From: Gemmatimonadales bacterium
Lineage (GTDB): Bacteria; Gemmatimonadota; Gemmatimonadetes; Gemmatimonadales; GWC2-71-9
Length of the DNA stretch: 64,000 nucleotides
Reading direction: 5' to 3'
NCBI GenBank assembly: GCA_038321865.1
Contig: JBBQFH010000002.1
Location: 114,582-178,581 of the forward strand
Shown: positions 10,047 to 19,204 of the stretch, in pieces
Layout: every line of letters starts with the position of its first letter
How positions within the stretch are numbered: position 1 is the stretch's first letter
The notes under the pieces: model-generated
What the model was told of the DNA's origin: nothing
The model's input: only the letters and a program-made list of their open reading frames with translations
Database searches by the model: none
Translations under genes and position numbers: made by a program

Positions 10047-11759
10047 ATGAGCAACCCGCTGGGCACCGCCGACTTCTTCGCGCTGGAGGCGGGAGAGTGC
10101 CTCGATCGGCTCGAGCAGCTGGTGACCCGACCCCAGGGGCCGCCACCCGACGAGATGCTGCGGTATGCGCGCGCGCTGCGCGGGTCGGCACTCATGGCCA
10201 GCCACTCGGCAATTGCCCGGGCCGCGGCGGCGCTCGAGGCGATCGCGCGCGGCCTTCGGGACGGCACCAGCGCGTGGGAGCCGGCGATGCGCGAACGAGC
10301 CGGACAGGCGATCGATGAATTCCGCCTGCTGGTGCGCAACGCCCGGGAGTGGAGCTCCGCGGATGCCGTCCGCGCAAGCCGGATTGAAGCCGATCTACTC
10401 GCGCTGGCCGGCGAAGAGGCCGTCGGGACATCGCGCGCCATGCCCGCTCCGGCGGCGGAACCGGCTGAGCTCAACACCGGTGTCCGGGCGTTCGTGGCGC
10501 GGGAGGGCGCGCTGATCGCCAGTGCCCTTGACCGGGCCGCGCGGGCGCTCAGGGAAACTCCGGGCGCGCGGGAGCCGCTGTACGCGGTGCTCCGGCGGAT
10601 GCAATCCCTCCGTGGCCTCGCGGAGCTGTCCGAGCTCACCCCGCTCCCCGAAATCCTCGACGGCATCGAGCTCGCCGTCGGCGACCTCACCCGGCTCTTC
10701 GCGCCGCCACCTGATGTCCACCGGCTGCTGGAGTCCGCCGCGCAGGCGCTCACCCGGATCGCGCGCGACGTCGCGGGGAGCGGCCGTCCCGCCCCGGATC
10801 CGGACGAGGCACGGCTCTTTACCGAACAGCTGCTTCGGGCGTTCGCGGTCGAGCGCGACGTGGTTCCGATCGAGTCGCTGTACGTGGACGGCGACGCCAC
10901 ACCGTTCCACCGCTCCGAGAGCCAGCCACAGTTCAGCGCGCCGACCCCGCTGAGCGGCGTGGAGCTGGTGAGCTACGGCGAGCACCTTTTCCAGGCCGCC
11001 GACCGGATCGTCGACGCCGAGTCGGCGACGATCCGGGACCTGCGCCTCTACAGCCTGGTCGGAACCCTGCGCTCGGTCGCGACCGCGGGCGGCGACCCCG
11101 TCGCGGCCGCGCTCACCGTGTTCGGGCGCTCCGCGCGCGAGGCGATCGCGTCCGGAGCCGCCGCGGGCGGGGACGCCGAATTCGCCGCGATCCTTCGTGA
11201 GGCCGGGGCCCTGCTGCGGAGTCTTGCCGATGCGGCGGACCAGCATGAGGTGGGACGGCGGCTGCTCGATCTGGCCCATCGGCTCGACCAGTCGGTGGCT
11301 CAGAGTGAGGAAAAGGCTGCGGATGCCAGACCGGCCCCAGCGCCTGCGAACCTGGCAGACGCTGACATCGTACCGATCGAGTCGCTCGACTATGCGACCC
11401 CTGATGAGGCGCGACCCGCGACGATCCCGTCGCGGACGCCGGACGCGGCGGAAGTGAACAGTCTCGAGGCAACCTACGCGACATACGGCAAGCTGATTCG
11501 CGACCACGGCCTGGCGGCATCCTCGGTGGACCAGCTCATCAGGCGCCCGCATGACGCCGGCCCTGACGGGGACACGGAGCGGGCCCCGGTCGACATCCGC
11601 GACCTCTGCTATCGCGGGCGGGCAGCGCTCGAGCGCGCCGTCGAGGTGCGTGATGCGCTGGCGGCACGGCTCTCCAGCCACAGCCCCCTTCTCCCGGGCG
11701 AACCGCTGCTCCTTGAACTGCTGGATCTCGTGCCGCTCGCGCTGGATCGGTCCGATTAG
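10047..11759 (+). CDS. Multi HPt-like helical-bundle protein lacking the phospho-accepting His
   Basis: FFALEAGECLDRLE...LRYARALRGSA and LRRMQSLRGLA resemble the HPt R.aHtlKG motif. Confidence 0.6.
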   Translation: MSNPLGTADFFALEAGECLDRLEQLVTRPQGPPPDEMLRYARALRGSALMASHSAIARAAAALEAIARGLRDGTSAWEPAMRERAGQAIDEFRLLVRNAREWSSADAVRASRIEADLLALAGEEAVGTSRAMPAPAAEPAELNTGVRAFVAREGALIASALDRAARALRETPGAREPLYAVLRRMQSLRGLAELSELTPLPEILDGIELAVGDLTRLFAPPPDVHRLLESAAQALTRIARDVAGSGRPAPDPDEARLFTEQLLRAFAVERDVVPIESLYVDGDATPFHRSESQPQFSAPTPLSGVELVSYGEHLFQAADRIVDAESATIRDLRLYSLVGTLRSVATAGGDPVAAALTVFGRSAREAIASGAAAGGDAEFAAILREAGALLRSLADAADQHEVGRRLLDLAHRLDQSVAQSEEKAADARPAPAPANLADADIVPIESLDYATPDEARPATIPSRTPDAAEVNSLEATYATYGKLIRDHGLAASSVDQLIRRPHDAGPDGDTERAPVDIRDLCYRGRAALERAVEVRDALAARLSSHSPLLPGEPLLLELLDLVPLALDRSD

Positions 11760-12786
11760 CACCGCCGCCACATCGCGCCGGCGCTGGTGGCCCCTGGTCG
11801 TCGGAACGCTGCTTTCGCTTGGCCTGCTGGTCTGGGTGCTGCGCGGCACCGACACCGCCACGCTGCTGCGTGAGATCCGGGCGACCCGGGTACTGCCACT
11901 CACCCTCGCCGTGGCCGTCGCAACTGCCACATTCCCCCTTCGCCTGATCCGGTGGCGCCTGCTGCTTCGCGCTGACGACGGCAACGGTCTTCCCGCGGTC
12001 CCGCTGTGGCACGCCATTGCGATGGGGTTCATGGCCAACAACGTGCTCCCCTTTCGCGCGGGGGAGCTGGTCCGATGCTTCGCGGCCGCTCGGCTCACGG
12101 GAGCCCGGCTCACGGCCGCGATCTCGTCGGTCGCGGTGGAGCGTGTCTTCGACGGCCTGACGGTGGTCGCGCTGCTCACGGGCGCGCTGTTGGCAGCGCA
12201 CCTTCCGCCAACGATCACCGTCGGCGGCACCAGCGTTTCGATTGCGCATGCGGCCACCACGGCGGGGCTCCTTTCAGCGGCGGCCTTGCTGGTCGCGCTC
12301 GTGATCGTGATCTGGCCGGTCGCTGCCGAGCGCATCACCCGCTCCGTGCTGCCGGCTGGCAGGCTGGCGTCGGCCGTCGTGCAGGCCATCGAGGGATTCC
12401 GCCACGGACTCGCGTCGCTCCGCTCCCCCGGACGGCTCGCCGGCGTGGTGCTCTGGTCGGTGGTGATCTGGCTCGTCAACGCAGCCGCGTTCTGGATTGC
12501 GTTCGCGGCATTCGACCTCCCGGTCGGCTTCGGCGGTGCGCTGTTGCTGCAGGGGCTGCTCGTCTTCGGGATCGCGTTGCCGTCTACGCCTGGCTATATC
12601 GGGGTGTTCGAAGCCGTGATCAGTGCGGTGCTCCTGCTCTATGGCGTCTCGGCGTCGCGCGGCGCGGCCTATGCGATCGTCTACCACGCAACGACGTTCG
12701 TGCCGATCACATTGCTCGGCGTCTGGTCGCTCGCGCGCACCGGGCTGTCGCTCGCAGAGATTCGGTCGTCTCGCCCCGATGACTGA
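11755..12786 (+). CDS. Lysylphosphatidylglycerol synthase TM-domain (UPF0104) protein; start uncertain
   Basis: GFMANNVLPFRAGELVR, VERVFD, PSTPGYIGVFE; multiple TM helices. Confidence 0.85.
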   Translation: MSTAATSRRRWWPLVVGTLLSLGLLVWVLRGTDTATLLREIRATRVLPLTLAVAVATATFPLRLIRWRLLLRADDGNGLPAVPLWHAIAMGFMANNVLPFRAGELVRCFAAARLTGARLTAAISSVAVERVFDGLTVVALLTGALLAAHLPPTITVGGTSVSIAHAATTAGLLSAAALLVALVIVIWPVAAERITRSVLPAGRLASAVVQAIEGFRHGLASLRSPGRLAGVVLWSVVIWLVNAAAFWIAFAAFDLPVGFGGALLLQGLLVFGIALPSTPGYIGVFEAVISAVLLLYGVSASRGAAYAIVYHATTFVPITLLGVWSLARTGLSLAEIRSSRPDD

Positions 12787-13657
12787 TCGGATCACGATCC
12801 GGGCCCCTGCCAAGCTCAACCTGTTCTTGCGCGTCCTCGCGCGAGAATCCGACGGCTTTCACGGGATCGAAACGGTGTACTGCCTGCTGGGGCTGGCGGA
12901 TGACATCGCGGTGGAGCGAACCGACGCCGGTGTGAGCCTGCTGTGCGACGCGACCGATCTCGGGCCGGCGGCGGACAATCTCGCCGTGCGGGCGGCGCAG
13001 CTCGTGCTCGACGCGACCGGCAATCGGTTCGGTGTCCAGATCCGGCTCACCAAGCGGATTCCCGTGGGCGCCGGCCTCGGTGGGGGGTCGAGCGACGCGG
13101 CCGCCGTCCTCGTCGCAACCAACCAGCTGGCCAACTCCGCCGTGCCTCGCCACGAACTCCTCCAGCTCGCCGCGAGGCTGGGCAGCGACGTTCCCTTTTT
13201 CCTTTCGGGCGCGCCGCTCGCGCTCGCCTGGGGGCACGGTGAACGGATGCTTCGCCTCCCCCCGCTCCCGGCTGCACCGGTCCTGCTGGTCACCCCGCCT
13301 CGACCCATCGCAACCGCTGAAGCGTACGGATGGGTCGACGCGTCGCGCCAGACGGCAGGTCGCCGCGGTGGGCTCGCCCTCGACCTGGAGGCACTGTCCA
13401 CCTGGGGTGATATCGGCCGGATGGCGGGCAACGATTTCGAGGCGGCGGTGTTCCAACATCGGCCCGAAGTGCGGACGGCGTTCGAGGCGCTGGTAGGCAC
13501 CCGCCCGCTGGTCTGCCGGATGAGCGGCTCGGGCTCGACGCTGTTCGCGATCTACCGCTCGGTTCGGGATCGTGACGATGCTGCCGTGATGCTGCACCGG
13601 AAGCATGGGGCGCTGACGGCGACGGACACGATGGCTGCTATCCCGGTTTCCGCTTAA
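12779..13657 (+). CDS. ispE: 4-diphosphocytidyl-2-C-methyl-D-erythritol kinase
   Basis: APAKLNLFL, KRIPVGAGLGGGSSDAAA, LGSDVPF, MSGSGS. Confidence 0.96.
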   Translation: MTDRITIRAPAKLNLFLRVLARESDGFHGIETVYCLLGLADDIAVERTDAGVSLLCDATDLGPAADNLAVRAAQLVLDATGNRFGVQIRLTKRIPVGAGLGGGSSDAAAVLVATNQLANSAVPRHELLQLAARLGSDVPFFLSGAPLALAWGHGERMLRLPPLPAAPVLLVTPPRPIATAEAYGWVDASRQTAGRRGGLALDLEALSTWGDIGRMAGNDFEAAVFQHRPEVRTAFEALVGTRPLVCRMSGSGSTLFAIYRSVRDRDDAAVMLHRKHGALTATDTMAAIPVSA

Positions 13658-13668
13658 GTTTCGAGTGC

Positions 13669-13739
13669 TGGCCCTTCGTCCAATGGCAGGACAGCGGACT
13701 TTGGATCCGCGAATGGTGGTTCGAATCCACCAGGGCCAA
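13669..13739 (+). tRNA. tRNA-Gln(TTG), CCA not encoded
   Basis: Cloverleaf: acceptor TGGCCCT/AGGGCCA, anticodon stem GCGGA-CTTTGGA-TCCGC, T-arm GGTGG-TTCGAAT-CCACC. Canonical position after ispE. Confidence 0.95.
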
Positions 13740-13752
13740 TGCGTCCAACCCC

Positions 13753-13780
13753 TTGACGGCGTGGCGTTAAAGGGTACTCT
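13753..13780 (+). promoter_or_regulatory. Putative sigma70 promoter for the kinase gene
   Basis: TTGACG-16nt-TACTCT. Confidence 0.45.
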
Positions 13781-13803
13781 CGTACAGTGAAATCCCTGAG
13801 ATC

Positions 13804-15945
13804 ATGAGCCAGCCTACCTGGGCCTGCCCCACCTGTCAGACGCCGCTCCCCGGAATGGCGTCGTTCTGCTACGTCTGCGGCACCGCGACGCCTGCAGGAA
13901 TGAACGCGCACACGGGGGAAGTCGTCACCACCACGCGCACTGCGGGTATCGGCCCGGCCGATCTCCTGCGGAAGCTTCAGCGCGCATTGGGTCCGGGCTA
14001 TCAGCTGCAGGACCGCATCGGGGCCGGCGGCTTCGCCGAGGTGTTCCGCGCCCGGGATCTCCGGCTCAAGCGAGATCTCGCGGTCAAGGTGTTGCGTCCG
14101 GACCTCGGCCTGTCGCCGGAACTCGTCCAGCGTTTCCGCCGTGAGGCCGAAACCATCGCGACGCTGCGGAACGCGCATATCGTGCCGGTCTACGACATCG
14201 GCGAGGCGCAGGGGCTGGCCTTCATCATCATGCCTTTGGTCGTCGGAGAAAGCCTTCGCCAGATCCTCGATCGGGATGGTGCCATGGCGCCGGCGGAAGT
14301 CGCACGGATCCTCCGCGAAGCCTCGCTTGGCCTCGCCGCCGCGCATGATGCCGGGATTATTCATCGGGACGTGAAGCCCGAGAACATCATGCTGGAAGGC
14401 CGCGACAAACGCGTCCTCCTCATGGATTTCGGCATCGCCAAGGCAATGGGCCTCGCGGCCGATTCCGACCCGGCGTCGTCGCTCACCACGACCGGCATCA
14501 TCATCGGGACGCCGCAGTACATGAGTCCGGAGCAGGCGTCGGCTGACCGGTCGATCGACGCCCGCAGTGATCAGTACTCACTCGCGGTCGTCGGCTATCG
14601 CATGCTGGCCGGGGAGCTCCCCTTCGGCGGGCAGTCGACGCGGGCCGTGCTGTATCAGCAGCTGGTCGCGACGCCGGCACCGATCGAGACCAAGGTCGCC
14701 GGCGTCCCATCCGCGCTGTCGGGCGCAATCCAGCGGGCAATGGCGAAGGAACCCTCGGAACGCTTCCCTGACATGCTCGCCTTCGCGGCGGCAATCGACG
14801 CCGACCCGGCCACGAGCGCGGCGCCAACCGTCAAGACCAAGTCCGAACGGAAGCCAGGCGGCGCGACCGCCCCCCGGCGCGGAGTCATGATCGGCGCGGC
14901 GGCGGTCGTGCTGCTGGGCGCCCTGGCCGGCGCCGCGCTGCTGACCTCAGGTGGGAAGCCGAAGAAGTCATCCGAGTCGACACCGCCTGTCAAGCAGGGC
15001 GCTGCTCAATCGGCGGCAGTCATCCAGCCGGGCGCGAAAGCGCCGGGAGCGGTCGCGCCGCCTTTGCCCGCCGGTCCGAAACAGCCCGTGGGCAGGGATA
15101 CCGCGACCGTGAGGCCGTCTCCTACGACGACATCCTCGGTGCCGTCCGCCAACCCGCGACTCGGCAGTGCCGGTGCGGTGCCGGGGGCGCAGACGACGCC
15201 CAAGATCACCGATACGAAGCCGGTGAGCCGTCGTGCTGCGGCGCAAGCGGCAGCATCAAAGGGCGCTCCGACCGTCGCGGCCGCGACCTGCACGAGGTAC
15301 CCCGCCCCTGCCGACTATGCGACCGTGGCACCAGTCTGTCTGGCCCAGGCGAACGCCGGCAACGCCGTCGCGCAGCGCATCCTCGGCACAATGTATGACA
15401 AAGGGAACGGCATCCCGGCGAGCCCGTCCGACGCAGTGACCTGGTACCGGAAGGCCGCCGGGCAGAACGATGCCGAATCCCAATATCTCCTGTCCCAGAT
15501 GCTCGACATCGGGCGCGGAGTGGCGGCCAATCCCGCCGAATCGATCCTTCGGCTGAGACTGGCCGCCGCTGCGGGGCTGCTCAAGGCGCAGCAGCTGCTG
15601 GCGTATCGACTCGAAACCGGCAGCAACGTCAAGAAGAACGAGGCCGAAGCCGTGACCTGGTACCGGCGTGCCGCCGACGCCGGCGATCCGATGTCCCAGC
15701 AGAAGCTGGGCGATGATCTCGCTCGAGGACGTGGCGTCGAAAAGAACGAAGCGGAGGCCCTGGAGTGGTACCGCAAGGCCGCCGGCCAGGGCTCCGCGAC
15801 GGCCGCATGGCAGGCGGCGCAGATGTACTTCAAGGGCCGGGGCACGGCCAAGGACGACTCTGCCGGGATGCGGTTCCTGAAGGAGGCCGCCGACGCCAAC
15901 GTACCTGATGCCGTGAAGGAGCTAGCGAAACGGACCGGCCGGTAG
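13804..15945 (+). CDS. Hanks-type Ser/Thr kinase with N-terminal Zn ribbon, TM helix and C-terminal Sel1-like repeats
   Basis: CPTC..CYVC; IGAGGFAEV, AVKVL, HRDVKPEN, DFGIA, GTPQYMSPEQ; TM segment; repeated A..WYRKAA.Q. Confidence 0.92.
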   Translation: MSQPTWACPTCQTPLPGMASFCYVCGTATPAGMNAHTGEVVTTTRTAGIGPADLLRKLQRALGPGYQLQDRIGAGGFAEVFRARDLRLKRDLAVKVLRPDLGLSPELVQRFRREAETIATLRNAHIVPVYDIGEAQGLAFIIMPLVVGESLRQILDRDGAMAPAEVARILREASLGLAAAHDAGIIHRDVKPENIMLEGRDKRVLLMDFGIAKAMGLAADSDPASSLTTTGIIIGTPQYMSPEQASADRSIDARSDQYSLAVVGYRMLAGELPFGGQSTRAVLYQQLVATPAPIETKVAGVPSALSGAIQRAMAKEPSERFPDMLAFAAAIDADPATSAAPTVKTKSERKPGGATAPRRGVMIGAAAVVLLGALAGAALLTSGGKPKKSSESTPPVKQGAAQSAAVIQPGAKAPGAVAPPLPAGPKQPVGRDTATVRPSPTTTSSVPSANPRLGSAGAVPGAQTTPKITDTKPVSRRAAAQAAASKGAPTVAAATCTRYPAPADYATVAPVCLAQANAGNAVAQRILGTMYDKGNGIPASPSDAVTWYRKAAGQNDAESQYLLSQMLDIGRGVAANPAESILRLRLAAAAGLLKAQQLLAYRLETGSNVKKNEAEAVTWYRRAADAGDPMSQQKLGDDLARGRGVEKNEAEALEWYRKAAGQGSATAAWQAAQMYFKGRGTAKDDSAGMRFLKEAADANVPDAVKELAKRTGR

Positions 15946-16260
15946 ACCCAAGAATCGGCTAAGCCGCCGCCGCAACATGTGTTGCGGTCGCCACAGGACG
16001 ATGTGGCGCATGTACAACTTGGCATTCGTGACCGCGGAGCCTCGGTCGTTCAGTTCAGGTCGCGATGACGGCCCAACCGTTTGGTTCTCCATGATATACA
16101 CCCTAAGCTCGGTAGACGTCTCGGGCTTGGTGATCCACGTCACACAGGGGCGCGCCTCTTGCTCAGGTAGGGTTGGTTCGACTCCCAATCGCGACTCATA
16201 GCTCCCACCGGCCGACCGCCGGACCCGTTTCCTCACCGTTCTCGTTGGCAGGAGGCATCG

Positions 16261-17400
16261 ATGCGCCGCACGATTTCCAGGTATGCACTTTGGACCATGG
16301 CAGCCGGGCTGGGCTTGGCGGTAACCGCCTGCTCGTCTGATCCGGTTTCACCGACCGCGCTGTCCAACGCCCATCCGATGCTGGTTGTCGGTACGACCGC
16401 GCCACCGGCCGGATCCACGCAGATTGCGCTCGCCAGCACGAGCGCGGTCCAGTATTGCGGCTTCAGCACTGTGATGGACGGCAGCGTGAACCCCAGCGGC
16501 TCGTGCGTCAACTCGTTCGATCTGACGGCGGTTCTGGCCGGCTCGCCGGGAGACCCGGGCTGGGGCGCACCGCTGACCGGCTCGTCCTGGATCGGGGCAC
16601 AGGCCAACGCCAATGAGTACCGCGTCCCGACCGGTACGTACGCGTTCCAGACGACGTTTACCGTGCCGGCTGGCGCGACGGGCAAAGGCCTGAACATCAC
16701 GATCAAGGCCGATAACAACGCGATCGTCTACCTCAACGGCACCGAGATCGGCCGCCACGATCCCGCCGGCGACATCTCCGGTCACTGGACGGGCAGCCTG
16801 AGCCTCACCGACGCCGGTGCGGCCATCCAGGATGGCACCAACACGCTGCGGATCCTCCTGCTCAACACGCGGGTGGCGCCGGCCGCGTTTGATGCGACCG
16901 TGCCCTGCCCGCTGCCGCCGGCCGGCGCCTTCCGGTACGCCGGCTACGATCAGGTCGTCTGTCTCAATCCGTCGGCTCTGAGCTTCACCGCGACGGCGTT
17001 CTTTACTCCGGCCGCGCCGCCTCAGTACGCCTTCGTTGTCGGCGACGTCACGTATGACGGCGTTGGCGATCATCAGTACTTCTGGGGCGCGCAGTGGTGG
17101 AAGAACAACAAGATGAGCGGCGTGGTCGACCACGGCGTCGCCGGCTTCAAGGGCTTCGCGGTGCTGGTCAACGGCTCATGCGGCTCGACGTGGCAGTCGC
17201 TGCCGGGCAACAGCTCCAACCCGCCGGAGAACATCGGCGACATCGTCACGATCATCGTGACCAGCACCGTCACCAAGTCCGGAAACCAGTACGCCGGCAA
17301 CATCGTGCGGATCGCGCACGTGGACCAGGACGGCAACTACGCCGACAACCCGGGTCACGAAGGCCAGGGACCGGTTGTGGACGAGGTGTGTCCCCGCTAG
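16261..17400 (+). CDS. Lipoprotein with galactose-binding-like domain and uncharacterised C-terminal domain
   Basis: Lipobox LAVTAC; ADN...VYLNG..G.N.L jelly-roll motif; FWGAQWWKNN C-terminal motif; GGAGG SD. Confidence 0.65.
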   Translation: MRRTISRYALWTMAAGLGLAVTACSSDPVSPTALSNAHPMLVVGTTAPPAGSTQIALASTSAVQYCGFSTVMDGSVNPSGSCVNSFDLTAVLAGSPGDPGWGAPLTGSSWIGAQANANEYRVPTGTYAFQTTFTVPAGATGKGLNITIKADNNAIVYLNGTEIGRHDPAGDISGHWTGSLSLTDAGAAIQDGTNTLRILLLNTRVAPAAFDATVPCPLPPAGAFRYAGYDQVVCLNPSALSFTATAFFTPAAPPQYAFVVGDVTYDGVGDHQYFWGAQWWKNNKMSGVVDHGVAGFKGFAVLVNGSCGSTWQSLPGNSSNPPENIGDIVTIIVTSTVTKSGNQYAGNIVRIAHVDQDGNYADNPGHEGQGPVVDEVCPR

Positions 17401-17426
17401 GCTGGCTGAACTGCCTGCATGAGTGA

Positions 17427-17465
17427 ACAATCGCCCGGGCGGCCACTGGCCGCCCGGGCGATTGT
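17427..17465. terminator. Probable bidirectional terminator
   Basis: Perfect 19-bp inverted repeat ACAATCGCCCGGGCGGCCA-C-TGGCCGCCCGGGCGATTGT between convergent genes. Confidence 0.75.
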
Positions 17466-17494
17466 CTTGCCTGCCTTCCTAGCGCCGCGAACGA

Positions 17495-17983
17495 TCAGCT
17501 CGCGGGATGCGCCGTCACCGTGAGCACGACATCGTTGATGTCGGCGTCGCCGCCATCCTCGAAGGTCAGCGTCCACTGCGGATATTGGCCAGTCGCCTGC
17601 AAAATCGGGGTACGCTCGAGCTGGCTCGATAGCATCTGAATGTTGATGGCCGATCCGCCGGCGTAGGGGCCGGAGATCGTCCACTTCTTGTTCATGGGGA
17701 CGTGGCAGGCATCGCTGGTGAGGTCGTCGGTCGTGGGCGAGACGATGCGCAACCGGTCGTTGGTCGCCGCACAGCTGCTGCCCGCCATGATGACGTCGAA
17801 CGAGGTGATCGCCGCCTCAACCGGCAGCGTGCACGCACCCGGAACGCCGTTCTGTGTACACGTGAGCTGGGTGACTACCGCGGGCCCGTCGCCTGGGGCA
17901 GTCGCATAGTCGCCGGTCTTGCATGCGCACAACGCCAGCAGACCGACCGCGCCGGCCGCGGCGACAAGAGTACGAGAAATCAT
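17495..17983 (-). CDS. Lipoprotein with C-terminal FEDGGDADINDVV Ca-binding-like motif
   Basis: Lipobox LCAC; GGAGAGG SD before ATG 17983. Confidence 0.65.
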   Translation of the reverse strand: MISRTLVAAAGAVGLLALCACKTGDYATAPGDGPAVVTQLTCTQNGVPGACTLPVEAAITSFDVIMAGSSCAATNDRLRIVSPTTDDLTSDACHVPMNKKWTISGPYAGGSAINIQMLSSQLERTPILQATGQYPQWTLTFEDGGDADINDVVLTVTAHPAS

Positions 17984-18166
17984 TGGGTACCTCTCCGTTA
18001 CGAATGTATTCGGGACTGATAGCATCCATCTCGGTGCCACCGCCCGACGCTTCAGTCGATTCACCAGCTCCCGCTCCCGGCTGGACCGGCGGAATATTCA
18101 TATCACCCCGGCGCCGCGCCGTGATCCGTGCCACGGATCCGGAGGCCGCGGCGCATCGCTTCCGAG

Positions 18167-18196
18167 TTGACGTAACCCCTGTTCCCTGGGTAGGTT
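18167..18196 (+). promoter_or_regulatory. Putative sigma70 promoter of the prs operon
   Basis: TTGACG-18nt-TAGGTT, 14 nt before ATG 18211. Confidence 0.5.
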
Positions 18197-18210
18197 GTCG
18201 GGCTGTAAAC

Positions 18211-19164
18211 ATGACGGACCTCTCGCTCTCCCGAAGCCAGATGCTGCTCCTGAGCGGCACTGCCAATCGCGCCCTCGCGGAAGAGGTGGCGGCGCATCTC
18301 GGGCAGCCGCTCTGCGCGGTGACGATCCGGCGCTTTGCCGACGGCGAGCTGTTCGTGAAGATCGACGAGAATGTGCGCGGGCGGGACGTCTATATCATTC
18401 AGCCGACCAATCCGCCGGCCGAGAACATGATGGAGCTGTTGCTCCTCATGGACGCGGCCAAGCGGGCGAGTGCGGCCCGGGTGACGGCGGTGATTCCGTA
18501 TTTCGGGTACGCGCGCCAGGATCGCAAGGACCAGCCTCGCGTCGCCATCAGCGCGAAGCTGATGGCGAACATGGTCTCGATGGCCGGCGCCGACCGAGTG
18601 CTGGCGATGGACTTTCACCAGCATCAGCTTCAGGGATTCTTCGATCTGCCGGTCGATCATCTCTACGCGGCGCCGGTGTTCGTCAACCACTATCGGCAGA
18701 AGTCGCTGCGCGACCTCGCCATCGTGGCCCCCGACGTGGGCTCGGCTAAGATGGCCCGCGGCTTCGCCAAGCGGCTCAATGCATCGCTCGCGATCATCGA
18801 CAAGCGCCGCCCGTCGGCCAACGTCGCCGAGGTGCTGAACGTCGTCGGAGATGTCCGCGGCAAGGACTGCCTGATTCCGGACGACATGATCGACACCGCC
18901 GGCACCATGGCGGAGGCGGTGATCGCGTTGAAGCGACTGGGTGCCGAGGACGTCTATTGCTGTGCGACGCACGCCCTGCTGTCGGGCCCCGCGGTCGAAC
19001 GCCTGATGGCGTCCCCGGTAAAGGAAGTCGCCGTGACGAATACGATCGGCCTTCCGCCCGAGCGGCGGTTTGACCGGCTCAAGGTTCTATCGATCGCGGG
19101 ACTGTTGTCCAAGGCGATCGGCTACACCCACAGCGACCAATCGGTGAGCTCGCTGTTCGACTGA
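18211..19164 (+). CDS. prs: Ribose-phosphate pyrophosphokinase
   Basis: FADGE, PYFGYARQDRK, PDVG, DKRR, DDMIDTAGT. Confidence 0.97.
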   Translation: MTDLSLSRSQMLLLSGTANRALAEEVAAHLGQPLCAVTIRRFADGELFVKIDENVRGRDVYIIQPTNPPAENMMELLLLMDAAKRASAARVTAVIPYFGYARQDRKDQPRVAISAKLMANMVSMAGADRVLAMDFHQHQLQGFFDLPVDHLYAAPVFVNHYRQKSLRDLAIVAPDVGSAKMARGFAKRLNASLAIIDKRRPSANVAEVLNVVGDVRGKDCLIPDDMIDTAGTMAEAVIALKRLGAEDVYCCATHALLSGPAVERLMASPVKEVAVTNTIGLPPERRFDRLKVLSIAGLLSKAIGYTHSDQSVSSLFD

Positions 19165-19204
19165 TACTGCGCCGGGTGGCGTACCACATACGAGGGATCG
19201 AACA

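Noticed and set aside
13700..18210. tRNA-Gln-targeted integrative island with att duplication
   Set aside because: No repeat of the tRNA 3' end and no integrase found.
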